Source of the DNA: Pyrodictiaceae archaeon
GTDB taxonomy: Archaea; Thermoproteota; Thermoprotei_A; Sulfolobales; WANQ01
Direction of reading: 5' to 3'
NCBI GenBank assembly: GCA_015521735.1
Contig: WANQ01000043.1
Span: 30,454 to 94,453, forward strand
Length of the DNA stretch: 64,000 bases
Numbering within the stretch: position 1 is the first letter of the stretch; every line of letters begins with the position of its first letter. The notes below the pieces were generated by a model. It did not search any database, had not been told where the DNA came from, and saw nothing but the letters and a program-made list of their open reading frames with translations. Shown here piece after piece: positions 38,353 through 48,776 of this stretch. Position numbers and translations under genes: made by a program.

Positions 38353-39258
38353 TTACTCTCTCTTGTAGGGTCTACCTACGTGTGCTGGTGGTCTTGACCT
38401 ACCTATTAGTCCTGCTACTACTGCTATTGTTGCTATATAGGGTATTGTATTCATGAGTGTTACAGGTATTATTGCTTTTATTGCTGCCATGTTCTTTATC
38501 CACTCTGCTAGTGTCCAGAAGAATCCGAATAATGCTCCTCCACCTAGAGCTAGTATTGGGTTCCAGTTAGCAAAGTTTACTAGAGCTAACGCTATGAATC
38601 CACGCCCTGCTGGTAACTCCTTAGTTATTGCTGCAAGCCAGTCTATGCTTAGAAATGCTCCCGCTAAACCTGCTAAAGCTGCACCGTAAACTGCTGATAA
38701 TAATTGAGTTAACTCAACGTTAACTCCGACAACATCTGCTGCTTCAGGGTTTTCTCCTACAGCTCTTATCTTTAAGCCTATACTGGTCTTGTATAAGAGA
38801 TAGTATGTTCCTATGGTTATCAATATCATTACTATGAATAATGGGCTTATCTCTATGCCTGGTATAATTGGGACTTTTGCTTCTAGTGGTGGTGTATAGT
38901 ATCCTCTTACACCCCATACAGCTTCAATACCAAATGCCACTGTTCCTAATGCAAACAAGTTAATTCCCAGGCCACTAATAATGTGGTCTCCTTTAAGGTA
39001 AGCTGTTATGTATCCATGGATTAAGCCTATTAGTGCACCCATACCTATTCCTGCTAATACTCCAATCCATGGATTCATAGCCATTTCAGCAAATACTACT
39101 GCCATGAACCCTGATAAGAGCATTATTCCCTCTAATCCTATATTGACTATGCCTGCTCTCTCAGCTACAATCTCACCTACAGCTGCTAGGATGAGAGGTG
39201 TCATTGCATAACTTGTTCCACGTAGAATATCAAGTATCATAACTAATTCTTCTGTCAT
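38353..39258 (-). CDS. Nucleoside/sugar (CUT2/BMP-type) ABC permease
   Basis: ERAGIVNIGLEG, RAVGENPEAA and GRGFIALA. Confidence 0.92.
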   Translation of the reverse strand: MTEELVMILDILRGTSYAMTPLILAAVGEIVAERAGIVNIGLEGIMLLSGFMAVVFAEMAMNPWIGVLAGIGMGALIGLIHGYITAYLKGDHIISGLGINLFALGTVAFGIEAVWGVRGYYTPPLEAKVPIIPGIEISPLFIVMILITIGTYYLLYKTSIGLKIRAVGENPEAADVVGVNVELTQLLSAVYGAALAGLAGAFLSIDWLAAITKELPAGRGFIALALVNFANWNPILALGGGALFGFFWTLAEWIKNMAAIKAIIPVTLMNTIPYIATIAVVAGLIGRSRPPAHVGRPYKRE

Positions 39259-40361
39259 AGCTCAACACCTCTTCTCCTAATCATTCTTCTACGAATAAGT
39301 CTAATTAAACCAGGCATGGCCAGAGCCCAAACAATTATGCCTTGAACAGCTTTAACCATTTCTAATGGTACTCCTGCAGTTGTTTGCATACCACGTGATC
39401 CAGCTGATAATGCTCCAATAAATATTGCTGCTGGTATTATCCCTAATGGATGATTTGCACCTATAAGTGATACAGCTATTCCATCAAAACCGTAGCCAAA
39501 GAGATTCGATAAACCTGTAGTTATGGCGTAACTTGGTGGTCTACCAGTTATCTCGCTTACACCTGCAAGTCCTGCAGCAATACCTCCTATAATGAATGCC
39601 CATAGCATTGTCTTCTTAGGATTAATACCTCCATACCTAGCTGCTGTGGGGTTAAGTCCTGTTGCTCTTATCTCGTATCCTAGCACCATATGCCATAGCA
39701 GATAGTATACTATAAATACTGTTATTATAGCTATAATGAAGGATACTGAAAGCTCTGTACCCCTTATTAGTAATGGTAGTCTTCCTGGAGGAGGCATGCT
39801 AATGGTTTTTGAAGCATCTATAGGGTTAGGATAAACGTATACTCTAGCGTATTCTACTATCCAGAATGCAATCCAGTTCAACATTATAGTTGATACAACC
39901 TCGTTAACGCCTCTCAAAACCTTTAGTAGACCTGCTATTAGACCCCATGCTGCAGCTAATAGTGATCCTACGATAAATGCTAATGGGAGATACAATGGTC
40001 CTGGTAGAGTCCATGATGCTACTATTACTGCTCCAAGTGCTCCCATGTACATTTGTCCTTCAGCACCAATGTTGAAGAGACCTGCTCTTACACCTATAGC
40101 AAATGTTAGCGCTGTAAGCATTACTGGTGTTGCAAAGCTAAGCGTCATAGCGATATAGTATGGGTCTGTGAGACTAAGTGATGTTTCAAACATTGCAGCA
40201 TAAGCTTTTATGGGGTCAAAACCCCCCATATACATCATGAGTCCTGCTATGACGAAGCCTACTATAATAGCAAATATTATTTCAACTAACTTTTCAAGAG
40301 TACCCTTAAGGAGTACGAGTTTTCCTTTTAAACTACTTAAGCTACCCATGTAGATCACCAC
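39255..40361 (-). CDS. Nucleoside/sugar (CUT2/BMP-type) ABC permease
   Basis: GLFNIGAEGQ, NEVVSTIMLN and GFDGIAVSLIG. Confidence 0.92.
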   Translation of the reverse strand: MVIYMGSLSSLKGKLVLLKGTLEKLVEIIFAIIVGFVIAGLMMYMGGFDPIKAYAAMFETSLSLTDPYYIAMTLSFATPVMLTALTFAIGVRAGLFNIGAEGQMYMGALGAVIVASWTLPGPLYLPLAFIVGSLLAAAWGLIAGLLKVLRGVNEVVSTIMLNWIAFWIVEYARVYVYPNPIDASKTISMPPPGRLPLLIRGTELSVSFIIAIITVFIVYYLLWHMVLGYEIRATGLNPTAARYGGINPKKTMLWAFIIGGIAAGLAGVSEITGRPPSYAITTGLSNLFGYGFDGIAVSLIGANHPLGIIPAAIFIGALSAGSRGMQTTAGVPLEMVKAVQGIIVWALAMPGLIRLIRRRMIRRRGVEL

Positions 40362-40373
40362 GTACGAGTTTTC

Positions 40374-41942
40374 TTAAGAGGCTTCAAGCACTTTACGATT
40401 TGAAGAAGTATTCTTTAATTGATCCATGTGGTAGCCTCCCATCATTAATCCTATTTGCTCTTCTGTTAGTTCTTCGGGTTTGGCTATGCCCATGAATTCT
40501 CCTTCATACATTATTGCTACTCTATCACTTAGCTGTAATACCTCATCTAGGTCAGCTGAAACTAGTAGTACTGCTTTACCTTCATCTCTCATCTTTATCA
40601 GTATTTTACGTATATATTCAGTAGCTGCCACATCTAATCCACGTGTTGGTTGTGCAGCAACTATTACTACTGGTGTCTTGCTAAGTTCTCTTCCAACTAC
40701 TAGTTTCTGCTGGTTACCTCCACTAAGACTTCTTGCTGGTGCACGTACTCCTGGTGCTACTATTTCGAATCGCTCAATAATTTTCTTTGCATGTACGTTA
40801 ATGTTTTTCCACTTCATGTTTAATAACTTGCCTATGAATTTTTTCAATCTATGTATACCGAGTACACTGTTCTCGGCAACAGTCATGTCTAGTACAAGGC
40901 CTAGCTTCTGCCTATCTTCTGGTATGTGGCTTAAACCCATGCGGTATAGTTCTGATGGAGGCTTATTGGTTACATCCCTACCCATTAATATAACCTGGCC
41001 TTTCTCAACTCTTCTTAGCCCGGTTATTGCTTCAACTAACTCTGATTGACCATTACCCTCAACTCCTGCAATACCAAATATTTCTCCAGAATATACTGCA
41101 AACGATACGCCTTTAACAGCCCATCCTCCTAGATCACTTCTAACCCATAGATCCTTAACTACTAGTACTGGTTCACCTGGACGTGCAGGTTTTTTCTCAA
41201 TCCTAAACACTACTTCCCTACCAACCATCATCTTAGCAAGCATTTCAGGAGTTGCTTTACTAGTTTCTACTACTCCTACAACCCTTCCTCTACGGAGAAC
41301 TGTAACTCTATCGGTAACCTCTAATACTTCTCTAAGCTTATGTGTTATGAATATGATAGTCTTACCTTGCTTTTTCAAATTCCTTAAGGTTTCAAAGAGT
41401 TCTTTTGTTTCAATTGGTGTAAGATTAGTTGTAGGCTCATCAAGTATTAGTATATCGACGTTTCTGTAAAGCATTTTAAGTATCTCTATTCTCTGTCTTA
41501 CACCAAATGGTAAGTCCTCAACTTTAGCATCTAAGGGGATTTTTAGACCAGTAGTCTCCATCAACTCTTCTATTTTCTTACGATCAATTACCTTACCTGG
41601 TAGCCCTAATATGATATTCTCGTAGGCTGTAAATGCTGGTACTAGTGCTAGGTGTTGGTGAACCATTCCAATACCGTGTTTTAATGCTTCACTAGCACTC
41701 TTAAAATGCACTTTTCTTCCACGGATATAGATTTCACCAGAAGTTGGTCTAAGCAATCCTGACAGTATTTTCATTAACGTTGTTTTACCTGCACCATTTT
41801 CTCCTAGAAGCCCATGTATTTCTCCTTTCTTTACCTCAAAGTCTACTCCACGTAGTGCAACTGTTCCATCGGGGTATACTTTGACTATATCCTTCATGTA
41901 CACTATTGTATCATTTCGTGGCAAGGAACTACGCCCCAACAA
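40374..41942 (-). CDS. CUT2 ABC ATPase (tandem nucleotide-binding domains)
   Basis: GENGAGKTT, LDEPT, LSGGNQQK and QPTRGLD. Confidence 0.93.
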   Translation of the reverse strand: MLGRSSLPRNDTIVYMKDIVKVYPDGTVALRGVDFEVKKGEIHGLLGENGAGKTTLMKILSGLLRPTSGEIYIRGRKVHFKSASEALKHGIGMVHQHLALVPAFTAYENIILGLPGKVIDRKKIEELMETTGLKIPLDAKVEDLPFGVRQRIEILKMLYRNVDILILDEPTTNLTPIETKELFETLRNLKKQGKTIIFITHKLREVLEVTDRVTVLRRGRVVGVVETSKATPEMLAKMMVGREVVFRIEKKPARPGEPVLVVKDLWVRSDLGGWAVKGVSFAVYSGEIFGIAGVEGNGQSELVEAITGLRRVEKGQVILMGRDVTNKPPSELYRMGLSHIPEDRQKLGLVLDMTVAENSVLGIHRLKKFIGKLLNMKWKNINVHAKKIIERFEIVAPGVRAPARSLSGGNQQKLVVGRELSKTPVVIVAAQPTRGLDVAATEYIRKILIKMRDEGKAVLLVSADLDEVLQLSDRVAIMYEGEFMGIAKPEELTEEQIGLMMGGYHMDQLKNTSSNRKVLEAS

Positions 41943-42053
41943 TAATGTGATAGAATGTTACTTCCAGCCCTGACTCAGTGTGTGATAGAAGGGGGTAGTT
42001 TGGGATAAAAAACTAGTGGTTTAAACAAGTATATTCTATTGTCAATGCTTGAG

Positions 42054-43484
42054 TTAGCCTGCTGGTACTCCTAGTTTCTCACGTATTTGCTTAATCTCGT
42101 TAGCATCTAATGGTATCATCTTCTCAATATCAGAGAACTTTAAGCCCCATACAGCTACGTCTGGAGTAGTCTTTAGCTTTTCTGCTAGTTTGTCAACCTC
42201 CTCCCATATCCATGCTGGTATACTCTCTCTCATCTTCTTAACCTTCTCTATTATCTCGGTCTTGTTTACCTTTCTACCTGCTTGCTCTGCTATTGCTAGG
42301 AATGTTTCTAGGTCTTCTAGCTTACTTATACCTACACCTCCCTCCTTGAGGCCTAGTTCTAGTACACCACCATACTTGTCTAGTTTACCTGCATAGTAGT
42401 CTAGTGCCCTCTGAACAGCTGTATACACACCTACGTCTACGCGCTTCATCATGCTAGCGATTATGAATCCTGGCTTAATCCAGTCCTGGTCACTGTCAAC
42501 ACCGATCGCGAACGGTGGTCCCATGTCTCTACCCTGTGCTTTACCAGCCTCTTCTACTGCTTCGAATATTCCTAAACCAGTAGCGCCAGCAACGTTGTAT
42601 ACTATACATGCTCCTTGTGCTAGCTGTGCTTCAGTTGCAGTCTTACCTCTTGCTGGATCATTAAATGCTCCAGTATATGTCCAGAGCACGTTTAGCGGCT
42701 TAATTTCTTTACCTGTGTACTCCTTGTATATTTCTTCACCGTATCTTATACCCCAATAGTATCCTGCTTCGAACTTGTATAGTACTGGTATCTCCATTCC
42801 TAGGACTACTCCTACTGCTGAGCAGTTGAAGTAGTGGGCTACCATTCCAGCTAGTGCTCCAACTAGAGCACTACCCTCATGCTCCTTGAACAGTACGCTT
42901 AGAACGTTAGGCTTGTCTGGTATGTATCCGTCAATTATAGCGAATAATTGGTCGGGGTATTCGTCTGCTACTTGTTTTACTGCATCTGTCATTAGGAATC
43001 CTACTGCTACTATTACTAGGTATTCACCTGTTCTAGCAAGGCTTCTTAGGTTTGGTAAGTAGTCTGCTTCAGTCTTGCTCTGTACTTCTACTAGCTCTAA
43101 GCCAAAGTCCTTTGCTGCTCTACTACCACCTAGGTATGCCATGTCATTGAAGCTTAGGTCTCCTCTACCACCTATGTCGTATACTACTGCTATCTTCTTT
43201 CTAGGCGGCTTATAGGTTGGTGTAGGTGATGGGCTAGGTGTTGTAGTAGGACTCGGTGAGGGAGTAGTGGTGGGTGAAGGCGTGGTTGTTGGTGTTGGAG
43301 ATGCTGCAACAGTTGTTGTGACTGTGACTGTGCTTGTGACAGTCTGTGTTACTGTTTGTGTTATTGTTGTTGGTGCTCCAGCCATTGTTCCAGCATAATA
43401 TGCTGCTATACCGACAACTATTATTAACACGATGAATATGGCTGCTAGAGCTGAAGTTGATATAGCCTTATATAGTTTTCTCAT
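42054..43484 (-). CDS. BMP-family (purine nucleoside) ABC substrate-binding protein with class III signal peptide and Thr/Ser/Pro linker
   Basis: KA/ISTS pilin-like cleavage site, GGRGDLSFNDMA, IGVDSDQD and SMMKRVD. Confidence 0.92.
   Translation of the reverse strand: MRKLYKAISTSALAAIFIVLIIVVGIAAYYAGTMAGAPTTITQTVTQTVTSTVTVTTTVAASPTPTTTPSPTTTPSPSPTTTPSPSPTPTYKPPRKKIAVVYDIGGRGDLSFNDMAYLGGSRAAKDFGLELVEVQSKTEADYLPNLRSLARTGEYLVIVAVGFLMTDAVKQVADEYPDQLFAIIDGYIPDKPNVLSVLFKEHEGSALVGALAGMVAHYFNCSAVGVVLGMEIPVLYKFEAGYYWGIRYGEEIYKEYTGKEIKPLNVLWTYTGAFNDPARGKTATEAQLAQGACIVYNVAGATGLGIFEAVEEAGKAQGRDMGPPFAIGVDSDQDWIKPGFIIASMMKRVDVGVYTAVQRALDYYAGKLDKYGGVLELGLKEGGVGISKLEDLETFLAIAEQAGRKVNKTEIIEKVKKMRESIPAWIWEEVDKLAEKLKTTPDVAVWGLKFSDIEKMIPLDANEIKQIREKLGVPAG
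43213..43372 (-). repeat. Low-complexity T/V and (TTTPSP)n coding linker
   Basis: TTITQTVTQTVTSTVTVTTT...PTTTPSPTTTPSPSPTTTPSPSPTPT. Confidence 0.8.
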
Positions 43485-43689
43485 ATAGAATCAACCCCGT
43501 TTTAAACCATGCTGTAGTTGTAGGCTACTGTCAGGTCTAGTATAGTGTAGGTGAGGGAATTAAAGCTAACTTTTAATAGATGCTAAATTAACAACAATGC
43601 GACTTATACAGGTAAACTCTACCTAGTAATACTTGCTTTAACCCATTATACACTATCTAGGAGTATTTTGTTATGTAGGGTAAGACAAG

Positions 43690-44652
43690 CTATCTTAGAT
43701 GTTCTACGTCGCCAGCATAGACTAATATTCTTGTACCATTAGTTAGTTTTACTACTAGTGATCCATCATCTGCTATGTCTTCAGCTAAACCTTCAATTGT
43801 TCTACCATCTATTAAGTGTACTCTAACTCTGCTACCTATAGTTGTAGAGTATTTTCTCCATAAACTTGTTATTCTATCGTATTGTTCCTCAACTAATGCC
43901 TTATAGTTTTCGTTGAATCTGTAGAGTATTGATCTAAGTAGTGGTATTCGTGGGAGCTTTCTACCAGTTATGTTTGCTAGAGTAGTAGCCTTGTCTTTAA
44001 GCCAGCTAGGTAGGTCATTGTTTACGTTTAATCCTATGCCTAATAGGATGTAGTCCACTATGTCTGCTTCTACTCTACCTTCAACTAGAATACCTGCAAG
44101 CTTTAAGTCATTGTATAATACGTCGTTAGGCCATTTAAGCATTGTTTTAACTCCTAGAAACCCTTCTATACCTTCTACAATAGATGCTCCTGCAACGAGG
44201 CTTAGTAGTTGTAGATACCTTATTTTCCTTGGCCTAAGAATTATTGTAAACCATAGTCCTCCTTTGGATGCAATCCATTCTCTACCCATTCTCCCCCTAC
44301 CCTTACTCATTTCCTCTGCTAGTACTATTGTTCCTTCAGGCACGCCTTGCCTAGCTAGAGCTTCTGCTATATCTTGTGTAGAAGCACATTTCTCTACGTA
44401 GTGTACTCTAAATTTCAGTGGTCCAGGGATATCTCTTACATATCTATCAGCTAGTGATAGGTCATCTGATACAAGTAACCTATACCCACGTCTTGGATGA
44501 GTTTCAATAACGTATCCTAGGAGTTTAAGCTCCTCTACTAGTCTGTGGACCATTGCCCTAGATAATCCTAGTCTACGTGCTATTACTGGCCCAGGAACAT
44601 AGTCTTTGGTACTAGAGAGTATGTTTAGAATCTCCCTTAGCCTTTGATCCAA
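43690..44652 (-). CDS. birA: Bifunctional biotin ligase/repressor BirA (with HTH)
   Basis: N-terminal HTH, STQD, GRGRMGREW, KWPND and KLAGILVE. Confidence 0.95.
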   Translation of the reverse strand: MDQRLREILNILSSTKDYVPGPVIARRLGLSRAMVHRLVEELKLLGYVIETHPRRGYRLLVSDDLSLADRYVRDIPGPLKFRVHYVEKCASTQDIAEALARQGVPEGTIVLAEEMSKGRGRMGREWIASKGGLWFTIILRPRKIRYLQLLSLVAGASIVEGIEGFLGVKTMLKWPNDVLYNDLKLAGILVEGRVEADIVDYILLGIGLNVNNDLPSWLKDKATTLANITGRKLPRIPLLRSILYRFNENYKALVEEQYDRITSLWRKYSTTIGSRVRVHLIDGRTIEGLAEDIADDGSLVVKLTNGTRILVYAGDVEHLR

Positions 44653-45292
44653 GTGTCTCCTTACCCATCCCCTTATACCTGGTATTGCGTGTAATTAAGT
44701 ATTTACGAGTGTAAAAGTATTCTATGAACGATAGTGTTGATGTTAGAGCTAAATACGTAGTTGCAGTTAGGGTTGCAGTCAGCCTCTTAATGAAGCCTGC
44801 TCTTCTAAGGTTAACACTGTAGACTTCTAGAATCCTAGTATAGTCAATGTATAATGTATATGCTAATCTAAAAACCAGTGCAAGAGCTAGTGCTAGGTTG
44901 GGTGACTTACTTGAAATAACTGCTATGAGGTGTAAGGGGTCTATTAAAGCTATTGTAGTAGAAGACAATAATACCAATACCATGAGTCTTAAAGAGCTAA
45001 TAGTAGTGAACTCAAGGTCTATGAATCCCATGATATACTGGAATGTTGTTGATAGTAGCATGAATGGTACTAGTAGTACTAGTAATGCCTTTGATACCTT
45101 AAACAATACCTTGAGTCCACGTAGCTTCAATAAAACTACTAGTAATACTGCTACATACAGTAGCAACCATATAGGCTTAACCATGAACACGGTAAGCGAT
45201 AGGATAGTAGTAGACACTATAACTATGATAGGATTAATTCTCCTATGGATTCCAGGTATGAATAACTCGAATATCTCAGCTAGTAGCTTCAA
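44612..45292 (-). CDS. ECF transporter transmembrane (T) component, divergent
   Basis: Hydrophobic, INP start motif; lies between the ECF ATPase and birA. Confidence 0.7.
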   Translation of the reverse strand: MKLLAEIFELFIPGIHRRINPIIVIVSTTILSLTVFMVKPIWLLLYVAVLLVVLLKLRGLKVLFKVSKALLVLLVPFMLLSTTFQYIMGFIDLEFTTISSLRLMVLVLLSSTTIALIDPLHLIAVISSKSPNLALALALVFRLAYTLYIDYTRILEVYSVNLRRAGFIKRLTATLTATTYLALTSTLSFIEYFYTRKYLITRNTRYKGMGKETLGSKAKGDSKHTL

Positions 45293-46529
45293 TTATTTTA
45301 CGCCCTCTTATCTCATATACTTTATCAGCTACTCTAGAAAACAATTTGCTATGGCTGAATACTAGTACACTACGCTTGCCCGTATAGAGCAGTGTATTAA
45401 CTAGTCTTAGCGACTCATAGTCATCTAAGCCTATTAGTGGTTCATCTAGAATTATTATGTCTGCTCCACTAGCCATTGCTAAAGCTATACTTAGTAGTCT
45501 TGCTTCTCCAATACTTAGCGTATACGTATGCTTTTCCAAGATCTCCTCAATGCCTATGGTTTCCACTATTTGTTCTAAGCTAAGTCTTCTATCACCAATA
45601 GCATGGTAGAATCTTAGTTCTTCTCTAACAGTTCTATGAGAAAACCAGTAGATAGGTGATTGTGGTATGTAGAACAATCTACCATTTATCTTAACCTCTC
45701 CCTTCAACGGCTTTAGTATTCCAGCAATGGTTTTTGCTAGAGTTGTTTTACCTACACCGTTTCGCCCATAAACTAGGACTACTTCACCTTCCTTTACCGT
45801 TAAGTTTACGTTGTCTAGTAATGGTCTACTGTAGCCTACGGAAACATCTACTACTTCTAATAATACCTTATTACCGCTACGTCTAGGTACATGGGGTTGT
45901 CTAGGTGTTTGCACGGAATTCCTATGACTAGGCATGTATATGGTATAGTCTGTATAACTTTCCAGTAACTTTACTCTATGGTCAACTAACAGTATTGTCA
46001 GTTTCTGGATCCTTGCAAGTCTTCTAGCATGTTTCATGAAGTTTTCTAGGCTTTCACTATCTAGGTGGGATGTAGGTTCATCTAAGAGTAGTACTTTAAC
46101 GTTACCATTTAGCGCCATAGTTGATATAAACTTGTAGAGCTGACCTAATGATAACTGATCTACTCTTACATTAAGGTCGCCGATAAACCTTGGGGGATAG
46201 GAATTTATGGGTGATACTAGGTTTTGTTCACTTATAATCCATGGGCTAATGTTGTAGGCTATAGGGTCTTGTGGTACATACGCAATAAGTCCTTTCTCAA
46301 CTGCTTGTCGTGGCTCTAGGCCTAGTACTCGGATAACGCCTTCTACATTATACTTACTATACAGGTATGGGATTATGCCAGCAATTACCTTAAGTAGTGT
46401 TGTTTTACCCGAACCTGTTGGACCTGTAATTAGGACTATTTCCCCCTTGTTTACGTTGAGGTTGAAGTTGTTGATTATGGTGTAGCCGTTGATTTCTACT
46501 ACTAGATTTCTCACCTCTACTGCCTTCAC
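45276..46529 (-). CDS. ECF transporter tandem ATPase
   Basis: GPTGSGKTT...LLDEPT and GRNGVGKTT...ILDEP. Confidence 0.88.
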   Translation of the reverse strand: MKAVEVRNLVVEINGYTIINNFNLNVNKGEIVLITGPTGSGKTTLLKVIAGIIPYLYSKYNVEGVIRVLGLEPRQAVEKGLIAYVPQDPIAYNISPWIISEQNLVSPINSYPPRFIGDLNVRVDQLSLGQLYKFISTMALNGNVKVLLLDEPTSHLDSESLENFMKHARRLARIQKLTILLVDHRVKLLESYTDYTIYMPSHRNSVQTPRQPHVPRRSGNKVLLEVVDVSVGYSRPLLDNVNLTVKEGEVVLVYGRNGVGKTTLAKTIAGILKPLKGEVKINGRLFYIPQSPIYWFSHRTVREELRFYHAIGDRRLSLEQIVETIGIEEILEKHTYTLSIGEARLLSIALAMASGADIIILDEPLIGLDDYESLRLVNTLLYTGKRSVLVFSHSKLFSRVADKVYEIRGRKIIEATS

Positions 46530-47161
46530 TTTATACGTACACCTCTTGCTTCTAAAAGTCTGGCTATAGTTCTAGCACTATGTATTGCTAGTAAGTGGTC
46601 CATGAGCAAGTCCTGGGGTAGGAATATGAGTATTGAAGCGATAAGTAATAGTATGAATCTGTTACTTATTCCTCCAGCAACTGTTAGAGCCCATTCGTAG
46701 AGCTTAGTACCTGGTAGAGCGTAGTATGAGAATACTATGAAGCCTAGTATGTAGGTTGGTGTAAAGGCGATGAGGGTTAAGGCTAAGAGTACTACTACGT
46801 TTCTTAGCCTTAGACTACTTAGCTTTACACTACGTGTTTTAAGGTATAGCCTACTTAGAATAGAGGTTAGGTAAGCTGATAATGGAAAACCCCATAGGTA
46901 TCCAGCAGTATATCCCAAGAGAACGCCTATACCTCCAGTAAGGTTTGATGCGAAGGGTAGTCCTAGGGCTATTAATGCAAGGTATAGTGTTTGGCTTAGC
47001 AGAGCATATCTTGGCGGAAGAAGTAAGCCTGATAGAACTACTGCATAGTTCTGCATAGTATATGGTATTGGGCCTAAGTAGAATCTTAGCTGTGCACTAA
47101 TAGCTGTTAAACCAGCCATAAACGATGCTAGTCCAGTATACATTAACTTGTTTTCATTCAA
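46526..47161 (-). CDS. bioY: Biotin ECF S-component BioY
   Basis: PIPYTMQ, GLPFAS...GG and TAGYLWGF. Confidence 0.92.
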   Translation of the reverse strand: MNENKLMYTGLASFMAGLTAISAQLRFYLGPIPYTMQNYAVVLSGLLLPPRYALLSQTLYLALIALGLPFASNLTGGIGVLLGYTAGYLWGFPLSAYLTSILSRLYLKTRSVKLSSLRLRNVVVLLALTLIAFTPTYILGFIVFSYYALPGTKLYEWALTVAGGISNRFILLLIASILIFLPQDLLMDHLLAIHSARTIARLLEARGVRIK

Positions 47162-47314
47162 TCTAGGCCCTAAAACAGTTTAATTAAACCCAGTATAAGA
47201 ATCTTAATATCCATATTAAACTATTTCTTGAAGAATCGTAACCGTGGTAGAGCCTTACTCACTACTATTATTTTAGTGTCATGTATTTCAGTGCTGAATA
47301 ATTGTTTTACTACT

Positions 47315-48760
47315 CTATTCTTCTATGTTTTCCTTAATTTTCTTTCGTGTAAGGTTTACTTTTATCTTCATCTTAGCATAGCTTATGTCCATTTTCTTTG
47401 GCTTTACTTGTCTTGTAAACGCTTTTATAATTACTTGTCCCTCCATGTAGCTTGGTATGGGTAGGTTTAGGGCGTATAGTATTGTTGGCGTGATATCGGT
47501 TATCTTTACTTTGCCTAAATGCCTGTTTTCTACATGTCTTCCTAGTATGGCAAATACACCGTACTTGGAATGGGTTGCTCTAATGGTTTTATGCCATAGT
47601 GGTAGGCCTATTTTATTAGAAAAGCTATAGGTTTCTGATTCTATTAGTATGCTTGGGCCTAGACTATCGTCTTCAATACTATATGCTAGTATTCCGTTAA
47701 CATTGTTTAGTTTTCTTAATGCTTTTTCCGAGACTAGCTTCTTGTATGCTTCGTTGACTCCTACTATGAATACTCCTCCTTCTTCTGAAGGCATGTATGC
47801 TCCTAGTATACGCGTCTTGTTGTTCTCATGGTCTTCAAGACCGTGTTTTCTTAGTCTTCTAGCTAAGCCTGTCTTGTAGGCTATTTTTCTAGCTATTGTT
47901 AGTGGTATGTAATTGTTTGATACTAGGTGGTCTACTAGGAGCTTTACTCTATACCTAATGTTTACTCCTTCTACTGCTAACAGGTTATTTAGTGCTAGGT
48001 ATTGGTTGACGTTGAATGCTTTAACTGGTTTTTGGAAGCCGTGGTCTGAGACAATGATCTTGTATGCCTCGTCATCGAGGTTGTCAATGATTTTGGCGAC
48101 TAGTTTATCGAGTACTTCATAGTATTTTTCTATTATACTCCACCTAGTTTTAAGGAATCTATGCTGCATCCTATCCGTTTCTGTGAATACTATTATTCCT
48201 AGGTCTATTTGTTTAAGCTTTCTAGCTAGTTCTAAGAATAGAGCTGTTCTTTTTTCAGCTGATTTCACGTTTACCTCGAAGTATTCTTCATCTGTAATTG
48301 GCTTAGAGTCTATAATGTCTACAATGTATCCTGTTGTCTCTAATACCTTGTTTACCCATTTAGGGTATGCTAGGTTGAGTCTATTGGCTATGAATCCTGC
48401 TATTATAGCGCCTTTTACTGGTTTAGCTGTGTATATGCATGGAATGTTTACTGCTAAGGTCTTCTTATCATATACTGATAGTATGTCCCAAACGTAAACT
48501 ATGTCGTCTAGCTTGTAGGTTATGGGCTTAAACGTGTTATCCTCTAGTTTTAGAAAGGAGTATAGTTTCATGGACTTAGGTGTTAGCCCGCTAAATAGTG
48601 AGTTCCATGCAGGGATACTCCATGGAGGACTAGTACTTTCGAGAATAGCCCATGCAGATGTCTTCTCCAGAGATTTCTTGCTAAGTACTTCTAATCCCTT
48701 TATCTTTTCAAGGATGTTCCAGGAAGCTCCATCTACTCCTATCACTACTAGTTTCAACAA
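47315..48760 (-). CDS. Alkaline phosphatase superfamily / nucleotide pyrophosphatase (COG3379-like)
   Basis: IGVDGASW, STSPPWSIPAW, DRMQH, VSDHGF and DITPTIL. Confidence 0.88.
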   Translation of the reverse strand: MLKLVVIGVDGASWNILEKIKGLEVLSKKSLEKTSAWAILESTSPPWSIPAWNSLFSGLTPKSMKLYSFLKLEDNTFKPITYKLDDIVYVWDILSVYDKKTLAVNIPCIYTAKPVKGAIIAGFIANRLNLAYPKWVNKVLETTGYIVDIIDSKPITDEEYFEVNVKSAEKRTALFLELARKLKQIDLGIIVFTETDRMQHRFLKTRWSIIEKYYEVLDKLVAKIIDNLDDEAYKIIVSDHGFQKPVKAFNVNQYLALNNLLAVEGVNIRYRVKLLVDHLVSNNYIPLTIARKIAYKTGLARRLRKHGLEDHENNKTRILGAYMPSEEGGVFIVGVNEAYKKLVSEKALRKLNNVNGILAYSIEDDSLGPSILIESETYSFSNKIGLPLWHKTIRATHSKYGVFAILGRHVENRHLGKVKITDITPTILYALNLPIPSYMEGQVIIKAFTRQVKPKKMDISYAKMKIKVNLTRKKIKENIEE

Positions 48761-48776
48761 CTTTACCTCTAGGAAG

